A stretch of 61,121 bases of DNA, the filler included, from Acidimicrobiia bacterium (GTDB lineage Bacteria > Actinomycetota > Acidimicrobiia > Spongiisociales > CAZKJJ01): assembly GCA_046759765.1 (NCBI GenBank). It is 2 parts of 2 records of this genome, joined end to end, with 100 filler letters (N's around TTAATTAATTAA, not from the genome) between each part and the next. Parts side by side here need not be neighbours in the genome. Positions count along the whole stretch, not along the records: positions 31,173 to 61,121 come from JBHICV010000013.1; 1 more part is not named here. One strand, written 5' to 3'. The notes beneath the pieces are model-generated. The model saw nothing but the letters and a program-made list of their open reading frames with translations. It did not search any database and was not told the origin of the DNA. Of the stretch, positions 56,187-61,121 are shown piece after piece (position 1 is the first letter of the stretch; each line of letters begins with the position of its first letter). The position numbers and the translations under genes were made by a program.

Positions 56187-57977
56187 ATGCAACAGTTCAC
56201 TACCCCGGGCGAAGCCACGCTCGAACCCACCGACAATCCGATCACAGCATTGCGCGAACGCGCCCAACAAAAGCCGGCCGAGGCTGCCTTGGCCTACCGC
56301 GATGGCGATGTCTGGGTCGATGTAACCGCCCAAGAGCTCCATGAGACGGCCTTGGAGATCGCGGCGGGCTTGGTGGCGCTGGGCATTGAGCAGGGGAGCC
56401 GTATCGCCCTCTTCTGCGAAAGCCGGATCGAGTTCACGTATTTCGATTATGCGATCTGGGCTGCGGGTTGCGCGACCGTAACCATCTACGAAACCGATTC
56501 CGCTGAACAGGTCGAATGGATCACCGGCAATAGCGAGGCCGTGGCGATCATCGCCTCTAACGACAGCCTGAGGGCTCAGTTCGATGCCGTGGCCGATCGC
56601 CTACCCGACGTGCGACATGCCTTCGTGATCGACAACGGGGCAGTAGAACAGATCAAGGGTCTGGCGACTGACGAGGCGAGGGCGGAGGTAGAGCGTCGCA
56701 TCGCAGCCATTGACCCCAACGAGTTAGCGACTCTGGTTTACACCTCGGGAACCACGGGGAAGCCCAAGGGCTGCATCCTGACGCACCGTAACTTCATGTG
56801 GGAAGTCCGCCAGGTGATAAACGCCGCCCCGGAGCTTTTCACAGCTGGCCGGTCGACCTATCAGTTCCTTCCATTGGCACATGTGCTAGGCCGGGTGGTC
56901 CAGGTGGCGTGCGTGTCAGGCGGGATAAAGATCGCCTTTTCTACGGGAGTGAAAAACCTGACGGAGGAGCTTCCGATGGTGAAGCCCGACTTCGTCGTTT
57001 CGGTGCCGCGTGTGTTTGAGAAGATCTACAACGGCGCCAAGCAGAAGGCCGACTCGGAAGGCAAGGGCACGATTTTCGACATGGCGGACCGAACCGCCGA
57101 GGACTACTCGCGCGGCCTGGACTCGGGCAAGGTCTCGTTGAGGACGCGACTCCTCCACCCGATATTCGACCGGTTGGTGTACAGCAAGCTCAGGGCCATC
57201 ACCGGAGGCAACCTCGAGTACGCCATCTCCGGGGGTGCACCTTTAGGCGAGCGTCTCGGACACTTCTTCCGTGGCGTAGGGATTACTGCGTTGGAGGGTT
57301 ACGGTCTCACCGAGACCACCGCTGGGATATCGATCAATACCCCCCAGGCGCTCAGGATCGGTTCCGTCGGCCGGCCCTTTCCCGGGGCCTCGGCGAAGGT
57401 AGCTGAGGACGGGGAGCTCCTCCTTCGAGGTGGCGGTGTCTTTCAGGGCTACTGGAAGAACGATGCTGCTACCGAGGAGGTCTTTACTGAAGACGGCTGG
57501 TTCCGCAGCGGTGACATCGGCGAGATCGACTCGGACGGCTTCATCCGAATCACCGGCCGGAAGAAGGAGCTGCTGGTCACCGCGGGCGGAAAGAACGTGG
57601 CTCCAGCCGTGTTGGAAGACCGCCTGCGTGCCCATCCGTTGGTCAGCCAGGTGATGGTCATCGGCGACGGGCAGCCTTTTATCGCGGCGCTGGTGACAAT
57701 CGACGAGGAATCATTCCCGATCTGGGCAGCGGAACACGAAAAGGAAGGGAAGACGATCGCCGATCTCGGCGACGACCCCGAGCTAAACGAGTCGGTCCAG
57801 GCGGCTGTCGACGAAGCCAACCAGGCAGTGTCGAGAGCCGAATCGATTCGAACATTCCGCATCCTTCCCGAGGACCTAACCATCGAAGGCGGGGAGCTGA
57901 CGCCAACCCTCAAGGTGAAACGGGACATCGTCATGAAGAAATACGCATCGGTGGTTGACACGATCTACACCGGCTGA
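56187..57977 (+). CDS. fadD: Long-chain fatty acid-CoA ligase (FadD15-like)
   Basis: YTSGTTGKPKG, EGYGLTET, WFRSGDIG, ITGRKKELLVTAGGKNVAP, LTPTLKVKR. Confidence 0.93.
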   Translation: MQQFTTPGEATLEPTDNPITALRERAQQKPAEAALAYRDGDVWVDVTAQELHETALEIAAGLVALGIEQGSRIALFCESRIEFTYFDYAIWAAGCATVTIYETDSAEQVEWITGNSEAVAIIASNDSLRAQFDAVADRLPDVRHAFVIDNGAVEQIKGLATDEARAEVERRIAAIDPNELATLVYTSGTTGKPKGCILTHRNFMWEVRQVINAAPELFTAGRSTYQFLPLAHVLGRVVQVACVSGGIKIAFSTGVKNLTEELPMVKPDFVVSVPRVFEKIYNGAKQKADSEGKGTIFDMADRTAEDYSRGLDSGKVSLRTRLLHPIFDRLVYSKLRAITGGNLEYAISGGAPLGERLGHFFRGVGITALEGYGLTETTAGISINTPQALRIGSVGRPFPGASAKVAEDGELLLRGGGVFQGYWKNDAATEEVFTEDGWFRSGDIGEIDSDGFIRITGRKKELLVTAGGKNVAPAVLEDRLRAHPLVSQVMVIGDGQPFIAALVTIDEESFPIWAAEHEKEGKTIADLGDDPELNESVQAAVDEANQAVSRAESIRTFRILPEDLTIEGGELTPTLKVKRDIVMKKYASVVDTIYTG

Positions 57978-58010
57978 ACAGCCAGTCTTCGCTCCTAGGC
58001 TGAGCTGACC

Positions 58011-58643
58011 ATGGAAGCGTCGTTTGATGAACACCGGCCTCATCCATGGCACGGGTTGAGCCCAGGACCGAACCCGCCGGAAATGATCACGGCCTATATC
58101 GAGATCACACCGTTCGACGTCGTCAAGTACGAGCTCGACAAGCAGTCGGGAATCCTCAAAGTAGACCGTCCTCAGAGAACCAGCAGCTCTCCACCAACGC
58201 TGTACGGGCTCATCCCGCGCACATACTGCGGAGAGCGAGTGGCGGCTCTGAGCCCATCGACAGATCGAGCAGATAGCGACCCGCTCGACGTCATCGTCAT
58301 ATCGGAGCGGCCGATCTCTCGCGCCGACATCACCCTGGAGGCGAGAGTCGTGGGCGGCCTCCGAATGATCGACCACGGTGAAGCCGACGACAAGATCGTC
58401 TCTGTCCTCCACAACGACCCGATCTGGGACCACGTCCGCGACCTTGACCAGCTGCCGACCACGCTGATCGACCGGCTCGAGCACTATTTCGAGACATACA
58501 AGCTCATGCCCGACGAGAAGGCCGACGTCCTGATCGAAGAGAGATATGGCCGCGAACATGCCTTCGACGTCGTCAAAGCGGCGATGGCAGATTATGAGGC
58601 CTTGTTTGGCATGAGCGGGCCGGGCAGCGGGGCAGACAGCTAG
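58011..58643 (+). CDS. ppa: Inorganic pyrophosphatase (family I)
   Basis: HPWH, KYELDK, DR, YGLIPRT, DSDPLD, DHGEADDK. Confidence 0.93.
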   Translation: MEASFDEHRPHPWHGLSPGPNPPEMITAYIEITPFDVVKYELDKQSGILKVDRPQRTSSSPPTLYGLIPRTYCGERVAALSPSTDRADSDPLDVIVISERPISRADITLEARVVGGLRMIDHGEADDKIVSVLHNDPIWDHVRDLDQLPTTLIDRLEHYFETYKLMPDEKADVLIEERYGREHAFDVVKAAMADYEALFGMSGPGSGADS

Positions 58644-59108
58644 GGTCGACCGCCGGCCGTAGTAGAGGGGAACATGCTTGGCGGGTTCCAAGGCCTCATG
58701 AGGCACGAGCTTTGGCGCCAGCTGAATCGAGGGTTTGTAGCGGACAACGGTTTTCTGTCGAGTTCCCGTGCGACACAATGCAGCGAATGGCAGGTTGAGT
58801 TTGCTTGTTTACTGATCTGCTGGTGCCCACACCCACACAGTGGCTCCGCACTGACCCTCCCCTACTGCGACCAGCCCCGGGCCGCCTACCGTGACCGCGG
58901 CGACGCCGCCCACACCGAAAACGCTCCTGTCATCGGGAAGCTGCGTCCACGTCATGCCGTCGTGCTCGACATCTGTGTTGATCCTCCACCTCTACACGTC
59001 ACGGGTCCGATACGGATGGATTCTCCTCGCGCAGTTATTTCTGGGTCGCGGCAGAGCCGTCCAAGACGTAAGAGTCCCAGAGCAGGTCCCTCCTGCGTCG
59101 ATTCTTAA

Positions 59109-59138
59109 GGTCGCGGGTTCGATTCCGACCGAGCCCAC
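59109..59138 (+). other. Possible degenerate tRNA 3'-half remnant
   Basis: GGTC-GCGGG-TTCGATT-CCGAC-CGAGCCC-A-C has variable loop, T-arm, acceptor strand and discriminator spacing. The T-stem pairs at only 3 of 5 positions and there is no intact 5' half. Confidence 0.35.
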
Positions 59139-59149
59139 TCGATCGCGGT

Positions 59150-61012
59150 CTACGGCGACTTGTCGAGCTTCAAAACCACCTCGTACCACTCGGGCCATGA
59201 CGGGCTGTCGGTCGTTGTGACTCGGACGCGTCGCACGGCGGCGATCGGCTCGTGGGGATGAAACTCCAGTGTCTCGCCCGTTGAGGTCAAGCCCCGGAAC
59301 TCGTGAACGACCTCCCACTCTTCTCCGTCGCGCTGTACCTCAACAATGTGGACCGTCTGACCCTCGGGGTTTTGGAACACAACGAGTACCAGCGCTTCCA
59401 GTGAGCTTGGCTCCTCGAGAGCGAACTCGATCCACTGCGGTGCGTCTTCGCCGGAGGACCAGAACGAGTCACCAGCTTGGCGCCCATCCAATACGAGCTC
59501 CGGCCCATGCCCAGAACTCGACGACGAGGCCGACAAGGTGACGCCCACACCGTCAACTGCTAGGCCAGCCATGTCTTCAGTTGGACACAAGGAAGCCGCG
59601 GAGCAATGAACGACGCGGCCGCCGACCATGGTGACCATGACCTCGATGCCGGGTAAATCAGCCTCGCTGACCTGAAGAGGATTTTCGGACAGAACGATCA
59701 GGTCGGCGACTTTGCCAACAGTGATCGTCCCCTTGATCTCCTCTTCGAAGGCCGCGTACGCACCCTGAACGGTGACCAGCTGCAGTGCTTGTTCGACGGT
59801 CAATAACTGGCTGGTCATCCAGTCCGCCGGGGGCGATCCACCCTCACCAATCCGCGTGACCGACTGGTAGATAGCTTTCATCGCCGGTCCCGTTTCTCCG
59901 TACCCCCAGGGGTGGTCGCTACTTCCCGCCGCGGGGATACCTGCATCGAGGATGTCCTTCCAACGTCCCACCCAAGCGACCCGATCGGGCCCCATGGTGC
60001 TTTCGAACTCCTCAGTCCAATCGGAGTGGAACCAGCTCAGCTGGAACGAAGCGATGAGCCGCAAGGCGCGCAGACGCTGAAGCTGATCGTCCCTCAGGAT
60101 CATTACGTGTTCGATGCGATGCCGGTAGACGTCGTTGGACTCGTCGCCGAGCACCGACTCAAAAGCGTTGATGATCAGATCGTGGGCCGCGTCGCCTCCG
60201 GTGTGTGCGGCAACCTGGAAACCGGCAGCGTGTGCCTCCTCAACGATGCCGGTCAGTTCTTCCTGAGTCCAGAAACCCTGGCCGAAGTAGCCCGGATTGT
60301 CCGTGTACTCGGCGCTGAGTAGCTTCTCTCCGCGGTCGCCATTGTCAACGAACAGTTTGACTCCAGCAATCCTCACGTTCGGGCTGAGTTGCTGTCCGAG
60401 CTCGTACCGCTGGTACCAGTCACCAAAGCGTTCGAAGCCAAAACCGAGGGCGAGGTACGCATTGACGCGCACCGGCAGCTCGCCCCGGATGTCGAGATCT
60501 ACGAGCTGGGCAAGCCGAGCTTCGTCGACGAAGAACTCACCAAGCGTGGTCCAGCCGTGCGCAACAGCAGCGGCGGCGCCGGAACCGTTAAAGAGCCAGT
60601 GAGCGTGAGAATCAATGAGGCCCGGTAGAACAGTTCTACCTTCGAGATCAACAAGGAGCGTATCGTCGCCTGCGAGGGCGAGGACTTCATTGTCGGAGCC
60701 GACTGCAGTGATTAGGCCCTCATTGATGGCTACTGCCTCACGGGCATCGTTTCCGTCCATCGTCACCACAGTCCCGGAGTGAAGGACCACATCGGCGGGA
60801 GCAGCCTTCGATGTCTCCGGTGCGGTCTCCGGAATCCGGGTAGTGGTCGCGACCTGCGCACCGGACTCCGCGACCCCGCTAGTCGAGGGCTGGGTAGGTG
60901 GGGCGTCTGTATGTTCGGCTTGCCCCGGCCCACATGCCCACAGGAGCAGCGCAAGCGTCGTCACGAACACAAACCCTTTCGAACGCCTAGGCAACCTCGC
61001 CGCTCTTCTCAC
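59150..61012 (-). CDS. YtcJ-like amidohydrolase lipoprotein with C-terminal discoidin (F5/8 type C) domain
   Basis: LWAC lipobox, PGLIDSHAH, VKLFVD, AHTGGD, RIEH, SSDHP, GTITVGKVADLIVL; C-terminal DG...WSS...PQWIEF...RVRV...E. Confidence 0.88.
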   Translation of the reverse strand: MRRAARLPRRSKGFVFVTTLALLLWACGPGQAEHTDAPPTQPSTSGVAESGAQVATTTRIPETAPETSKAAPADVVLHSGTVVTMDGNDAREAVAINEGLITAVGSDNEVLALAGDDTLLVDLEGRTVLPGLIDSHAHWLFNGSGAAAAVAHGWTTLGEFFVDEARLAQLVDLDIRGELPVRVNAYLALGFGFERFGDWYQRYELGQQLSPNVRIAGVKLFVDNGDRGEKLLSAEYTDNPGYFGQGFWTQEELTGIVEEAHAAGFQVAAHTGGDAAHDLIINAFESVLGDESNDVYRHRIEHVMILRDDQLQRLRALRLIASFQLSWFHSDWTEEFESTMGPDRVAWVGRWKDILDAGIPAAGSSDHPWGYGETGPAMKAIYQSVTRIGEGGSPPADWMTSQLLTVEQALQLVTVQGAYAAFEEEIKGTITVGKVADLIVLSENPLQVSEADLPGIEVMVTMVGGRVVHCSAASLCPTEDMAGLAVDGVGVTLSASSSSSGHGPELVLDGRQAGDSFWSSGEDAPQWIEFALEEPSSLEALVLVVFQNPEGQTVHIVEVQRDGEEWEVVHEFRGLTSTGETLEFHPHEPIAAVRRVRVTTTDSPSWPEWYEVVLKLDKSP

Positions 61013-61094
61013 CGATCATCCTCAGAAACAGCTCTAACCACAGATCATGCGCTCATGTTTTCCGATGAGTTACTTGAGATCCTGGCAGCCAGCA

Positions 61095-61121
61095 CAAAAC
61101 CCCCGCTGAGTAGGGGTTTTG
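61095..61121. terminator. Intrinsic terminator-like hairpin at the window edge
   Basis: CAAAACCCC-cgctgagta-GGGGTTTTG with A/T-rich ends. Confidence 0.6.

Noticed and set aside
58674..59108. 144-aa ORF after ppa
   Set aside because: No recognisable motifs and atypical composition; treated as non-coding or degraded sequence.
304..61037. Numerous antisense and alternate-frame ORFs (e.g. 1571-2398, 23230-24354, 28598-29677, 37006-37965, 52033-53034)
   Set aside because: Shadow ORFs expected from stop-codon scarcity at high GC; they overlap well-supported genes and carry no family motifs.

Overview
High-GC bacterial DNA. The gene content (mec-cysO-cysM, a SARP-STAND regulator, an LLM oxidoreductase, a septum-formation lipoprotein, DosR- and Rex-like boxes, leaderless starts) points to Actinomycetota, possibly an Acidimicrobiia-like MAG; this is inference. 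The window is two contigs joined by an artificial 100-nt linker (N44-TTAATTAATTAA-N44, 31073-31172), so thiI and metB are truncated and adjacency across the linker is meaningless. Contig 1 carries: (i) a signalling patch with a cyclase-STAND-TPR gene, a secreted HExxH protein divergent from a frameshifted SARP-STAND-TPR regulator, a cyclase lacking its catalytic Arg divergent from a TetR gene with twin operators, and a broken merB-like gene; (ii) an orphan Flp pilin divergent from a DoxX/TQO-like gene with a perfect Rex box and a DosR-like box; (iii) MoxR-DUF58-DUF4129; (iv) the CysO-dependent cysteine pathway with a convergent moeZ-like gene; (v) housekeeping genes and a tandem 60-bp REP-like hairpin. 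Contig 2 carries the best candidate for an undescribed system: a ~23-kb catabolic cluster (31944-55260) with two DUF917 paralogues, a lone hydantoinase/oxoprolinase A-type protein, a three-subunit xanthine-dehydrogenase-family molybdoenzyme, two DapA-like aldolases, two SnoaL/NTF2 proteins, an LLM oxidoreductase, several dehydrogenases, an Eda-KdgK-aminotransferase operon and a Dpp/Opp-type ABC importer. Its substrate is unknown. No CRISPR array, rRNA, intact tRNA, integrase or transposase was seen. All family calls come from motif recognition by eye, not database searches.
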